Below are positions 11,401-24,309 of a stretch of 64,000 bases of DNA, in pieces. The notes below the pieces were generated by a model. It made no database searches, had not been told where the DNA came from, and saw nothing but the letters and a program-made list of their open reading frames with translations. Both the position numbers and the translations under genes were made by a program. The stretch covers positions 23,945,237 through 24,009,236 of the forward strand of contig NC_092672.1 of assembly GCF_964355755.1 (NCBI RefSeq), in the 5' to 3' direction. The DNA comes from Antedon mediterranea (Eukaryota > Animalia > Echinodermata). Each line of letters opens with the position of its first letter. The stretch's first letter is position 1.

Positions 11401-14400
11401 AATCTAATGGATGGTATTGATGCTTCTATACAACATTCTTATCTGTTAATACATTCAAATACAGTACTATTCAAAGGCATAGTCCAATCTAATGGATGGT
11501 ATTGATGCTTCTATACAACATTCTTATCTGTTAATACATTCAAATACAGTACTATTCAAAGGCATAGTCCAATCTAATGGATGGTATTGATGCTTCTATA
11601 CAACATTCTTATATGTTAATACATTCAAATACAGTACTATTCAAAGGCATAGTCCAATCTAATGGATGGTATTGATGCTTCTATACAACATTCTTATCTG
11701 TTAATACATTCAAATACAGTACTATTCAAAGGCATAGTCCAATCTAATGGATGGTATTGATGCTTCTATACAACATTCTTATCTGTTAATACATTCAAAT
11801 ACAGTACTATTCAAAGGCATAGTCCAATCTAATGGATGGTATTGATGCTTCTATACAACATTCTTATCTGTTAATACATTCAAATACAGTACTATTCAAA
11901 GGCATAGTCCAATCTAATGCATGGTATTGATGCTTCTATACAACATTCTTATCTGTTAATACATTCAAATACAGTACTATTGAAAGGCATAGTCCAATCT
12001 AATGCATGGTATTGATGCTTCTATCCAACATTCTTATCTGTTAATACATTCAAATACAGTACTTTTCAAAGGCATAGTCCAATCTAATGCATGGTATTGA
12101 TGCTTCTATACAACATTCTTATCTGTTAATACATTCAAATACAGTACTATTCAAAGGCATAGTCCAATCTAATGCATGGTATTGATGCTTCTATACAACA
12201 TTCTTATCTGTTAATACATTCAAATACAGTACTATTCAAAGGCATTGTCCAATCTAATGGATGGTATTGATGCTTCTAAACAACATTCTTATCTGTTAAT
12301 ACATTCAAATACAGTACTATTCAAAGGCATAGTCCAATCTAATGCATGGTATTGATGCTTCTACACAACATTCTTATCTGTTAATACATTCAAATACAGT
12401 ACTATTCAAAGGCATAGTCCAATCTAATGGATGGTATTGATACTTCTATACAACATTCTTATCTGTTAATACATTCAAATACAGTACTATTCAAAGGCAT
12501 AGTCCAATCTAATGGATTGTATTGATGCTTCTATACAACATTCTTATCTGTTAATACATTCAAATACAGTACTATTCAAAGGCATAGTCCAATCTAATGA
12601 ATGGTATTGATGCTTCTATACAACATTCTTATCTGTTAATACATTCAAATACAGTACTATTCAAAGGCATAGTCCAATCTAATGGATGGTATTGATGCTT
12701 CTATACAACATTCTTATCTGTCAATACATTCAAATACAGTACTATTCAAAGGCATAGTCCAATCTATTGGATGGTATTGATGCTTCTATACAACATTCTT
12801 ATCTGTTAATACATTCAAATACAGTACTATTCAAACGCATAGTCCATACTAATGGATGGTATTGATGCTTCTATACAACATTCTTATCTGTTAATACATT
12901 CAAATACAGTACTATTCAAAGGCATAGTCCAATCTATTGGATGGTATTGATGCTTCTATACAACATTCTTATCTGTTAATACATTCAAATACAGTACTAT
13001 TTAAAGGCATAGTCCAATCTAATGGATGGTATTGATGCTTCTATACAACATTCTTATCTGTTAATACATTCAAATACAGTACTATTCAAAGGCATAGTCC
13101 AATCTAATGCATGGTATTGATGCTTCTATACAACATTATTATCTGTTAATACATTCAAATACAGTACTATTCAAAGGCATTGTCCAATCTAATGGATGGT
13201 ATTGATGCTTCTATACAACATTCTTATCTGTTAATACATTCAAACACAGTACTATTCAAAGGCATAGTCCAATTTAATGGATGGTATTGATGCTTCTATA
13301 CAACATTCATATCTGTTAATACATTCAAATACAGTACTATTCAAAGGCATAGTCCAATCTAATGGATTGTATTGATGCTACTATACAACATTCTTATCTG
13401 TTAATACATTCAAATACAGTACTATTCAAAGGCATAGTCCAATCTAATGGATGGTATTGATGCTTCTATACAACATTCATATCTGTTAATACATTCAAAT
13501 ACAGTACTATTCAAAGGCATAGTCCAATCTAATGGATTGTATTGATGCTACTATACAACATTCTTATCTGTTAATACATTCAAATACAGTACTATTCAAA
13601 GGCATAGTCCAATCTAATGGATTGTATTGATGCTTCTATACAACATTCTTATCTGGTAATACATTCAAATACAGTACTATTCAAAGGCATAGTCCAATCT
13701 AATGCATGGTATTGATGCTTCTATACAACATTCTTATCTGTTAATACATTCAAATACAGTACTATTCAAAGGCATAGTCCAATCTAATGGATTATATTGA
13801 TGCTTCTATACAACATTCTTATCTGTTAATACATTCAAATACAGTACTATTCAAAGGCATAGTCCAATCTAATGGATGGTATTGATGCTTCTATACAACA
13901 TTCTTATCTGTTAATACATTCAAATACAGTACTATTCAAAGGCATAGTCCAATCTAATGGATTGTATTGATGCTTCTATACAACATTCTTATCTGTTAAT
14001 ACATTCAAATACAGTACTATTCAAAGGCATAGTCCAATCTAATGGATGGTATTGATGCTTCTATACAAAATTCTTATCTGTTAATACATTCAAATACAGT
14101 ACTATTCAAAGGCATAGTCCAATCTAATGCATGGTTTTGATGCTTCTATACAACATTCTTATCTGTTAATACATTCAAATACAGTACTATTCAAAGGCAT
14201 AGTCTAATCTAAGGGATGGTATTGATGCTTCTATACAACATTCTTATCTGTTAATACATTCAAATACAGTACTATTCAAAGGCTTAGTCCAATCTAATGG
14301 ATTGTATTGATGCTTCTATACAACATTCTTATCTGTTAATACATTCAAATACAGTACTATTCAAAGGCATAGTCCAATCTAAGGGATGGTATTGATGCTT

Positions 14401-14597
14401 CTATACAACATTCTTATCTGTTAATACATTCAAATACAGTACTATTCAAAGGCATAGTCCAATCTAATGGATGGTATTGATGCTTCTATACAACATTCTT
14501 ATCTGTTAATACATTCAAATACAGTACTATTCAAAGGCATTGTCCAATCTAATGGATGGTATTGATGCTTCTATACAACATTCTCATCTGTTAATAC
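8413..14597. repeat. 85-bp tandem satellite, about 60 copies
   Basis: Unit ttaatacattcaaatacagtactattcaaaggcatagtccaatctaatggatggtattgatgcttctatacaacattcttatctg; starts at 11531, 11616 and 11701 give the period. Interrupted at 10026-11092. Confidence 0.98.
10026..11092. mobile_element. Non-autonomous TIR element (MULE/Mutator-foldback-like MITE) with 10-bp TSD
   Basis: ~90-bp near-perfect TIRs (gggtgtcacgaaagctcagacc... / ...ggtctgagctttcgtgacaccc). TSD acattcttat at 10016-10025 and 11093-11102. Confidence 0.9.
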
Positions 14598-14867
14598 TGT
14601 CAACATTATAAAAGATCAATTATTATCAACCTATTGGTAAGATCAATATATATATATGTCATGTTATAAGCCTGTTATATAATCTGTCAACATTTTTTGT
14701 TTTAGTATTTTATGTTTTTAATATAATCATGTTTGTAATTGTTATTATGTTTTTAGGCATGTAGTACATATCATGTTTGTAATTATTATCGTCTTTTCTT
14801 ATTTCTTTTTAAGGTGAACACACTGTGTACGAGTTTGCTATTTTTTGGTCATTCTTTCCATTTAAAT

Positions 14868-15072
14868 TGTCAGAAATCAATTGTGATACATCTAGTGAAT
14901 CACACAAATCGATGAGAACATTTTAGAGATTGGTTACCCTCTCATTATGCCCAGTCTCTCAGCTGAAATATGTCAGGAGTCAATTGTGATACATCTAGTG
15001 AACCGCACAAATCGATGAGAACATTTAAGAGATTGGTTACCCTCTCATTATACCCAGTCTCTCAGCTGAAAT
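14868..15072. repeat. Tandem duplication, ~103 bp x2
   Basis: caattgtgatacatctagtgaa...cccagtctctcagctgaaat starts at 14878 and 14981. Confidence 0.9.
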
Positions 15073-15238
15073 GTTTCCTATGTGTTTACATCCCTGATAT
15101 GATGTTATATAGGCCTATATTCTAAAAAGAGAGATGGGAACTAATAAACTGACTCTGAAACAAAAATTATTAAAGTAAAACATGCAAACTAGATTGAAAA
15201 TGAAAGCCATTTATTCTATGATTGTGCACAGCTAATTA

Positions 15239-15432
15239 TTATGTTATGATACCATATTATATAGGAATCAGTTGTTAATATGTTATGATACCATTATTAT
15301 ATAGGAATCAGTTGTTAATATGTTATGATACCATATTATATAGGAATCAGTTGTTAATATGTTATGATACCATATTATATAGGAATCAGTTGTTAATATG
15401 TTATGATACCATTATTATATAGGAATCAGTTT
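15239..15432. repeat. 39-40 bp minisatellite, about 5 copies
   Basis: Unit tatgttatgataccatattatataggaatcagttgttaa. Confidence 0.92.
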
Positions 15433-16107
15433 ATAAAATGTAGTGTTAACTATCTGTCGGTTATTTTGTACTCCAAAGCAGATGTATTTTGTGATGTAGT
15501 TAAATATCTATGGACGTTTTATTACGAAAGGAAAATTATAAAACACATTTTAAATATTTTTATATCACTATTTTGAATATAAAGTATCTAATTTACAGTA
15601 CTAAATTGTTTATATTTGTATGATAAAATAATTATAAATGAATAAAAGCGGGATGATATTTCCATGAAATATTTTTAATTACCGTGATAATAATTTGTAT
15701 ATTTTGAACTTAATTCATTTTAAATCTGTGTCGTTGTAAGAAGAGAACACCTCAATTATTGCATCCGCGTCTCTTTGGTTGCCGTTTAAATATCACTTCA
15801 TCGTTCATCATCATTGCCGTTCGTGTTCATTATCATTGTCACTATCGTCATTATTATCAAATCATTATTCGTCACCATCATTCGAAACTGTATATTAAAA
15901 TGTAACGGATTCTTTCGGAATTCTGTGTGTCACCTCATTAGTTCAGCAATGTTTACTAATTCGTGTCTTTAAATTTTCTCTAGACTTAAAAAGTACGTAA
16001 TTAAATGCACCGTGCAGAAATCAGTAACTTCCAGAAAGAGATCCAAATACTTTGAGGAACTGTAAGCACGCTGAAAAATAACAACTCATCATGGTGAAGT
16101 GAACATG

Positions 16108-16215
16108 AACAAGGCCAACAGCCATAAGTCGCGTGCTAAAACGCATAGTGATACCAGACCGACAGACCGACCGACCGACATAGTGAACTATAGAGTCGCG
16201 TCCACGCGACTAAAA
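16108..16215 (-). mobile_element. Miniature Helentron-associated (DINE-1/HINE-like) element
   Basis: Hairpin agtcgcgtccacgcgact (16194-16211), a (gacc/gaca)n microsatellite and a second agtcgcgtg copy at 16127-16135 next to the aacaaggcc end; A-rich flanks. Confidence 0.72.
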
Positions 16216-16601
16216 ATAGTAGGCAAACATCATGAGTAAAAAAAGGTCACGATAACTGGTGTGTAATACAAAATTGCTCAGTTGACCATAAATACAATAA
16301 TATGATAATACGTCATAATCATCGTAACCAACAACATTAAATAGTTAGATTATTCCTCATGAATGTTATAAATAATAAACTGAATGAAGCTACTCTAAAT
16401 AAATATAAAGTTTAGATAGGAGTTAAACGCTTAATGATGAGACCAGTGAGTTTGCAGAATTTGATAATTACCAACTTAATACAAAAAATAGAAAGACAAA
16501 AAGGAGGTGGTCTATATTGCCAACGGAACTATTATGTGAGAAAATTACCGACCACAACAACTGCCCTTTTGAATGCCTTTTGATTAAAGTTACATTAAGG
16601 G

Positions 16602-18102
16602 AGGCTGGTTTCCTGTCGACGTAAGAAGTCGAATTTTGCAACGATTCTTGCGTTTCATACGTTTCTTACGTCTCTTACGAAAGTTGAGAAAAAATTGACG
16701 TCGTTGACGTTAGTCAAGATCGTGTCGGGCCACAGAGAAACATCTGTAGTTATGCTGCTCCCAAAAGTTGAAATTCTGGCTGTGAAACACACGTCGTATG
16801 CTTACGTCGATTTTAGTGTTGTTACGAAAGTTGAAATTTTTTTCTTAGTCGGTCAGATTTATGACGTATTTGAAGCAACATCTCTGATTGATGTTTCTTT
16901 TTAGAGCCGGTTTTATCATTTTTCACGCGAAATGTTGAATGTTGTTAATGTAGCCTACCTGTAGCTACTCAGCAGCAGTGTCAGTGCAGCACACCAACAT
17001 ATTATTTTTAGTAGATAGGCTAGGCCCTAGTATTAGTAATAATACTTACTCCATGATTAATACTGTACTAATAGGAATTTATTTGACCAAAATCTAACCA
17101 AACTAGCCTAGGAGCCTAGCCTAGTAGGCCTATGTAGGCCTACTATTGTATGAATCAAAATATGAATGAATTATTCTGGCCTATAGCCTTAAATAGTTTT
17201 CAAAATTAAAAAAAGGCAAATCATTTCGGGATTCCTATTATTATTAGACCTACTTATGCCCTAGGCTAGGCCTTGGCCTATGGGCCCAGGCATACTCTAA
17301 TCGAGCATGAGATAGTACTACCGCAGTAAGATACCCATTATTTACAGGCCTATAATAAGAATAAATTTAACAAAACAATATAAATTATACAAAATCAAGC
17401 AAACATTTTTTTTTTAAAGTTACATAATAATATTATATTGCTTACAAAGGGGCTTTCTATATCTTATCTTGTTGCAAATGTTCACCTTTCGCGACGTTTC
17501 TACCGACAAATAGAACAGAAGAATGTCGGTTTCTTTGAAATGCTGATTGTTTATTGCACGTCCATAAATAAGTGTATTATATTTTGATATGAGTTGTAAA
17601 CTCCCTGATTAGAACATTATTATATTGAAACTATACTGTGCATTTGTAAAGTATGTACAACATTGTAAAGTGGGCTAAAATTATAGTAGTAAATACATAT
17701 AAATGTTATTGTCCGGCTTTATTTCACTATAAGGTCATACACATTACGTCATAACTCTTGTCGCTTATTGGTTGCTTGTTACGATTGCGCTTACGTCTCT
17801 TGCGAAAGTTGACTTCAAGTCAACTTTCGTAAGAGACGTAAGAAACGTGACGCAAGGGCGTTCATTCAAGCGTAAGATAAAAAATCTCGGTTTCCTGTAA
17901 AATCGGAAGAAAACGTCGTAACGCAACAATTGTTAGGTCATCGGTTTCCTGTAAAATCGTTTGTCGTTACCATTTTTCTTACGTTGCGTCGATTTTATAA
18001 ATTTTCGATCGTAATCGGTTTCCTGTAAAATCTGCATTTCTTACGACAAATCGACGTAGTCGCAACCAAAGTGATGTTCTTACGTCGACAGGAAACCAGC
18101 CT
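16602..18102. mobile_element. Non-autonomous PIF/Harbinger-like element, 1.5 kb
   Basis: Perfect 26-bp TIR aggctggtttcctgtcgacgtaagaa (16602-16627) / ttcttacgtcgacaggaaaccagcct (18077-18102). TTA on the right flank; the left TTA is offset by 4 bp. Subterminal tcggtttcctgtaaaatc occurs three times. Confidence 0.8.
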
Positions 18103-18379
18103 TTACCAAGAATGTGCAAACTCTTTAGCACCAATCGGTCGAACCATCACAACTTTATTCTTATCTGCTCGACGAATGAGATAAACAATAAGATCATAAA
18201 TCACAATGAAGACACAGTTCTACGAGAGTTCTTCAGTTAGATCTTTCGGCCAATGTATACAATGGAGATGATCCTTTTCTCTCGGATTGTAATGTTAATG
18301 CCAAAACTAATTTATATAATTCAATTATGCATGATACTTACAATGGGCATTTCCCAGTGATTACTACACAGCAAAATTT

Positions 18380-19920
18380 GAAATTCTAAGCAAGAAAAAA
18401 AAATCTTGTTTTAAGAAAAAATTCTTAAAATAAGTATTTTTTTTCTTGTCAAGATTTAAAATTACTTAAAACAAGAAATAATTTTCTAGAAAAGACACAT
18501 TTTCTTAAATTAAGTTTTGCAATATTCTTGAAAATGCTTATTACAAGAAATATTTTACTTAAAATAAAAAGTCAATATCATTCTCTTCTTATTAAGAATA
18601 GTTTTGCTTAAAACAAGATTTGAAAATACTTAATTTGAAAAGTATTTTACTTAAAATAAGAAATCTATATTATATTTATCCCTATCAAGAATAATTTTTC
18701 TTAAATCAAGATTGATGAATTATAAAAATTACTTAAAACAATAAATATTTTTCTAGGTAAGACAAAGTTTCTTAAATTAGGTTTCGCAATAGTCTTGAAA
18801 ATACTTGTTTTGAGAAATATTTTACTTAAAATAAGAAGTCAATTTCACACTACCCTTATCAAGATTATTTTTACTTGAATCAAGATTCGCAATATTCTTG
18901 AAAATGCTTATTACAAGAAATATTTTACTTAAAATAAGAAGTCAATATCATTCTCTTCTTATTAAGAATAGTTTTGCTTAAAACAAGATTTGAAAATACT
19001 TAATTTGAAAAGTATTTTACTTAAAATAAGAAATCAATATTATATTTATCCCTTATCAAGAATAATTTTTGTTAAATCAAGATTGATGAATTCTAAACAT
19101 TACTTAAAACAATAAATATTTTTCTAGGTAAGACAAAGATTCTTAAATTAGGTTTCGCAATATTCTTAAAAATACTTATTTTGAGAAATGTTTTACTTAA
19201 AATAAGAAGTCAATATCATACTATCTTATCAAGACTATTTTTGCTTAAATTGAGATTCGCAATATTTATAAAAATACTTATTTTGAGAAATGTTTTACTT
19301 AAAATAAGAAGTCAATATCATACTATCTTATCAAGACTATTTTTACTTGAATCAAGATTCGCAATATTCTTAAAAATACTTATTTCGAGAAATGTTTTAC
19401 TTAAAATAAGAAGTCAATATCATACTATCTTATCAAGACTATTTTTGCTTAAATTGAGATTCGCAATATTTTTAAAAATACTTATTTTGAAAAATGTTTT
19501 ACTTAAAACAAGAAGTCAATATCATACTATCCTATCAAGACTATTTTTGCTTGAATTCAGAATTCGCAATATTCTGATTTTGAGAAATGTTTTACTTAAA
19601 ATAAGAAGTCAATATCATACTATCTTATCAAGACTATTTTTACTTGAATCAAGATTCGCAATATTCTTTAAAATACTTATTTTGAGAAATGTTTTACTTA
19701 AAATAAGAAGTCAATATCATACTATCTTATCAAGACTATTTTTGCTTAAATTGAGATTCGCAATATTTTTAAAAATACTTATTTTGAGAAATGTTTTACT
19801 TAAGATAAGAAGTCAATATCATACTATATCCTATCAAGACTATTTTTGCCTGAATTGAAGTCAATTCTATTTTAATATTCTTAAAAATACTTATTTTGAG
19901 AAATGTTTTACTTAAAATAG
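18380..19920. repeat. Left subterminal array (102-bp unit at ~19150-19920, more complex upstream)
   Basis: ttttgagaaatgttttacttaaaataagaagtcaatatcatactatcttatcaagac... repeated with period 102. Produces the spurious 34-aa-repeat ORF 19181-19858. Confidence 0.92.
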
Positions 19921-20860
19921 ATTGTCCATATCCTTATATTCACACAACGGTAGAGCAGTTAGCACTTCAGTTTCAACTGATGAAAGAATCTGGGTAATCA
20001 AACTGTTTGTGCTTTGAATAATCGATTGCACTGCAACCTAAAGAAAATAATATTGATTTAATATTTTTTATATTCAAGTTTTAATATGTTTAAAAACTAA
20101 GTTGTGCTTTAGTTGGGGAGCTATGCAGCCTAACAAAAAAAATGTTATTTGTAACAATGAAATTGGTCACAAAAAAATGCAACATAAACTTAGAGTGTAT
20201 AATGCCTAGGCCTAGGCCTAGTACCCAAGTCCTATAGTTACTATAGCTAATAGTCCTGTATAATAACAGTACCAGCAAGGCCTAGGAAATAGACGTATAT
20301 AATTGTTGTAATTTTAAAGCAAAATGGCTTACCTGTGGAATCTTGTTTCTCTCCTTTAATTTTAGTAGAAGTAAATCAGCATTTTTTATACTATTATCTG
20401 CTTGTTCATCCTCTAGTTAGTAGGCCTTCTTGCTGAGCATCAACAAGATCATTAATATTAAACAATCATTAACAGTATAACAATACTAGAATTATCACTA
20501 CTACTATCGTCAGTTGATAAATCATCCCCGTTATAATAGTTTTTTTTCTTCATTAACTTCGTCAGTCTCCTAGTCTAGGCCTAGTTCTACTTCATCCTCA
20601 ATTGGCATCCTCGTTTTCTCCAGGCATACTTATTATATACTGATGTTTCCATCGTCAACTGCAGGAGGTTGCCGATTGTTATACTCGTCCTTAAAATGGC
20701 GTCTTATGACATGCTTGTAAAACGAATTGTAAATTCCAAAGCTTGCCGGGCAGCGATTTTTTTTTTCGTACATAAGTTGGGGACCCCCTCATGAAACGTC
20801 ACAAAATAAACATGAATAATTCATCAGTTAAATTTTCTTGTTCTATGTGCACCCAAGCGT
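19920..20860 (-). pseudogene. N-terminal exons of an EnSpm-type transposase (C2H2 zinc finger); catalytic part deleted
   Basis: RCPASFGIYNSFYKHVIRRHFK at ~20689-20754. LLLLKLKERNKIPQ|gtaag (exon end 20333) joins in phase to tttctttag|VAVQSIIQSTN (exon start 20037). Confidence 0.6.
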
Positions 20861-21115
20861 ATAGCAACAAGAAGTGATTACACAAGTGCGGTACGATTCT
20901 AGGCCTATCTCCGCTGTTGTTGCGGCGTGCGATTTCATAGAAGAATAATCAGCCTTTAGTTTATGGTGTTTTTAATATAATTTTTTACTAAAGAATTACG
21001 TGTTAAAACTATAGTTTCTATTAATACTATTAGGCCTAATTATTAGTCTCTAAACCCATGTCTATTCTAGTAGTAGCTGTGTGGGTGTGTGTGACGTGTG
21101 TGTGTTAGGTATGAC

Positions 21116-21153
21116 CAAAGATAGTTACACTATAGTGTAGGTAACTATCTTTG
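21116..21153. mobile_element. 38-bp palindromic mini-element with 7-bp TSD (P-element-like CA..TG ends)
   Basis: caaagatagttacactatagtgtaggtaactatctttg flanked by gtatgac at 21109-21115 and 21154-21160. Confidence 0.75.
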
Positions 21154-22154
21154 GTATGACACAATCCGAGTCTAGTAATAAGTCAGCAAAATTAAACAAT
21201 AAACATTACACAAAAATACATTTTTATTCTCGTGGGTCAAATCTTCCCATCTCATGTGTTTATATACGCGCATTTTTAAAGTTCCTTTGAGTACATGCAT
21301 ATTGTTTGATAATAAAATAGCAGAATTAAAAAAATACAGTACACAAATTATACACATTCTTTATTCTTGTGGGTCTAAGCTTTTTTTGGGCTATGTCCAA
21401 TGAATTACTACTTAGTTTAATGTCTTGCCGTATTTGCCTAGCTGTCGATTAGCCTCGACTCGACACATTTTGTGTGAAGAAGAGTGCGCGAAGGCAATCA
21501 CGTGAATTGACTTATAATCCTAGGCCTACTGTAGAAAGTATCGTATCGCAGTTGTGTAATCACTTCTTGTTGCTATACGCTTGGGTGCACACGGAACAAC
21601 AAATTTAACTGATGAATTATTCATGTTTATTTTGTGACGTTTCATGAAGGGGTCCCCAACTTATGTACGAAAAAAAAAATCGAACCACCAATTCCACATG
21701 TTACTCGAAAATTCGGAGTATTTCCATGAATTGAATTATAATGCCTTAGCAAATAGGGTAGCAAATACTGTACCTACTTCAGTTTACTGGCACCAACTTA
21801 TCGCTTTTTTTCGGACTGCAACAAACATGTGTCATTATTATTGTCTGTCGTATTACTGTTGGTCCAGACGTTTTATAGATTTGCTTTAACCACCATGGAG
21901 GTTTATACCTCCATGCTTTAACGTTGAGCAGTATAATGACCTTATACATTCTGGGTAAAAGGCCAGCGATAAATTTTTGGTTATAGTTGAAAAACAACAC
22001 TGTGTGTGGTCGATGACCTAGCTCCCGGCGGGATCATGGCCAACGGTTTTTTAAAGTAATCATTCAAAATCTAGAGTTTGTAAGTAAAAGACACCTTTCA
22101 TCGCAATTTATATATTAAATGCTTCAATAGGCCTAGTAAGATTAGTCTAATATA

Positions 22155-24014
22155 ATGTCGAAGGAAGACGCTTTGTTGAAGATCCGAGAAATAGATGAAG
22201 AAGTGGCCAACATTTTAACAGGTTCGTAGGCCTAGGCCTAATTAATAATTATATTTTAATCTGCCAGCAGTCTAGGCCTAGCCTAGCCTAGGCTCCTTCC
22301 TAGTTAGTAATACTGTAGGCCTGGAACTAGTAGGTCTAGGCTAGCCTACTATGCCTGTACTGACGGACAGGTGTATAGGTTTAGCTTAGCATTTTAGTTC
22401 AGACATTGACAGAGGGGACAAATATTGTCGGACCTATTTCAGCTAGGTATAAGGAAGGCCTAATAATAGATAATAATACAATTATAATGTAACAGTTATT
22501 TTGTAATGTAGCCATGAAATATCTACGAAGGATTATATTATATACACATATTCCAATGAGAAATATAATAACATTTAAAAACACTTCTTTATATTTAATT
22601 AATTGTACACACTAAGTAATCCCCGAAGTGATCACATCGATATTGAAACTTAATGTTTTTAACTCTAAATTTAAAAAAAAACATACTAAAAAAACAAACA
22701 AAAAACATACGTACTGCATAACTAAAATTGTTATATTAAATTTCTTTTTAAAAAACTGTGTTATTTACAATATCTTAAATTATTTGTTAGGTAATTGAAG
22801 AAGTTCGAAGGATACTAATTATTACTAGGCAAAGAGGAATGAAATACAAAAGAAAGCTTTTTAAAAAAGTGCTTAGCAAATTTTTCCAAAGAAGAGAATA
22901 ATATAGTTTATTTTGGTATTTTAAAGAGAAACACCAGTCCTCCATCTGGTAAGTACAGTGTATGTTTTTATACTTTTATCTATTCATAAATAGTTTTATA
23001 ATGGACCAATGGTAGTGAGGAAAATACTCATTTAAATAAATTTATATAATATAATGTTTTCAATTTGTTATTTTTGGTTAGGTTCAAAGATAACCCATAT
23101 GTTGTCAAATCTGTCAAACATATTTGTTGGGAAAAACTCATCAAAAAAAGTCTGCCGACCTTGAAGGTATTTAGTGTTTTTTTAAATTTAAAATACAAGT
23201 AACATTATGTACATTAAAAAAAATATCTTAAAGTGTTTTTTTAAAATCAAATTTATCTTAGCTTAAAATTCAAGGTATATACTATGTTTACAATAATTTA
23301 TTAAAATCAAACAATTGTTATTATAAACAATGATACGGAATAAAAACATCAATCAGGATTGAACACCGTTTTGCGTATTGTCTTCCTAAATAGTAATATT
23401 AAAAATAAATTTAGACCCTAATAATTTAACTAAAAATAATAGATACAGCCAGGCCTGTCTTTGGGATCGGTATAAACAGGGCAAAGTTTGTGATTAAAAA
23501 GTTCAAATGCATATTCCACCCACCCTTATGTCTTATAATGTAAAATTATTCTTACCACCGTTCTAATATTGCGTCATGTTTTTGTGTTTACCGCCCCAGA
23601 TATAGGACTCTAAAACCACACCGTACCCAATTAGTTGATGATGTTACACATATTTTAAATACAGTAATAACTAAAACTATATTAATCTCTTTTCATGTTA
23701 GGAACATGAATAAAGATCCAGAATCCTGGTCTTCACGCCGATCAGGTAATATGCCGGTATTGCTTTTGGACACAGAAATGGCCTACATTAAAGTTTAGCA
23801 AACAATTCTAACTACAAAGAAAGCAAAATTAGATGAGGCTCTAGTTACTCTCCTCTCCACTTTTTACCTTCTGGATTTCGATTATCCAAAATGAAAAGAA
23901 GTAGGCCTCACTATCCTTTAACAGTTAGTGATTTGTGATGAAAACACACCTGTACACTTGACAAAGGCTGTTGAATCATCATTAGTATACATTAATAAAT
24001 TTAAAGACACCTAA
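22155..24014 (+). pseudogene. Second EnSpm gene (SAMD3 C-terminal-like accessory protein), spliced, with several stops
   Basis: Putative exons 22155-22221 (MSKEDALLKIREIDEEVANILT), ~22791-22948, ~23082-23166 and 23702-24014, with GT/AG boundaries. The last exon reads DEALVTLLSTFYLLDFDYPK*KEVGLTIL*QLV. Confidence 0.6.
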
Positions 24015-24309
24015 TAGTTTAAAGCCCAGGTGCGGGAGAAGAATTTTACGAAATTTGTATTTTACCATTTTAATGTTTTTAAGTTTTCTTTTGATGGCAT
24101 TTTATTATTAATAAAAACAAGTTTGTTTTAAAGAAGTTGTATATATTATTGTACCTAATGTCATGTAAATTGTAGTTCTTAATGAAAATAACAGTATTGT
24201 TAATATTATGTTTTATAACATTCTTGAATTTATTTGTTTAAGTAAAATATTACTTAAAATGAGTATTCATTTATTGTTCTTAAAATAAATTTTTAATGAT
24301 TTATATTTT

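Noticed and set aside
8413-14597. CRISPR-like array
   Set aside because: Contiguous near-identical monomers with no unique spacers, no cas genes, and a eukaryotic context.
19181-19858. 225-aa repeat-protein ORF
   Set aside because: Translation of the 102-bp subterminal repeat; TTG start and no domain.
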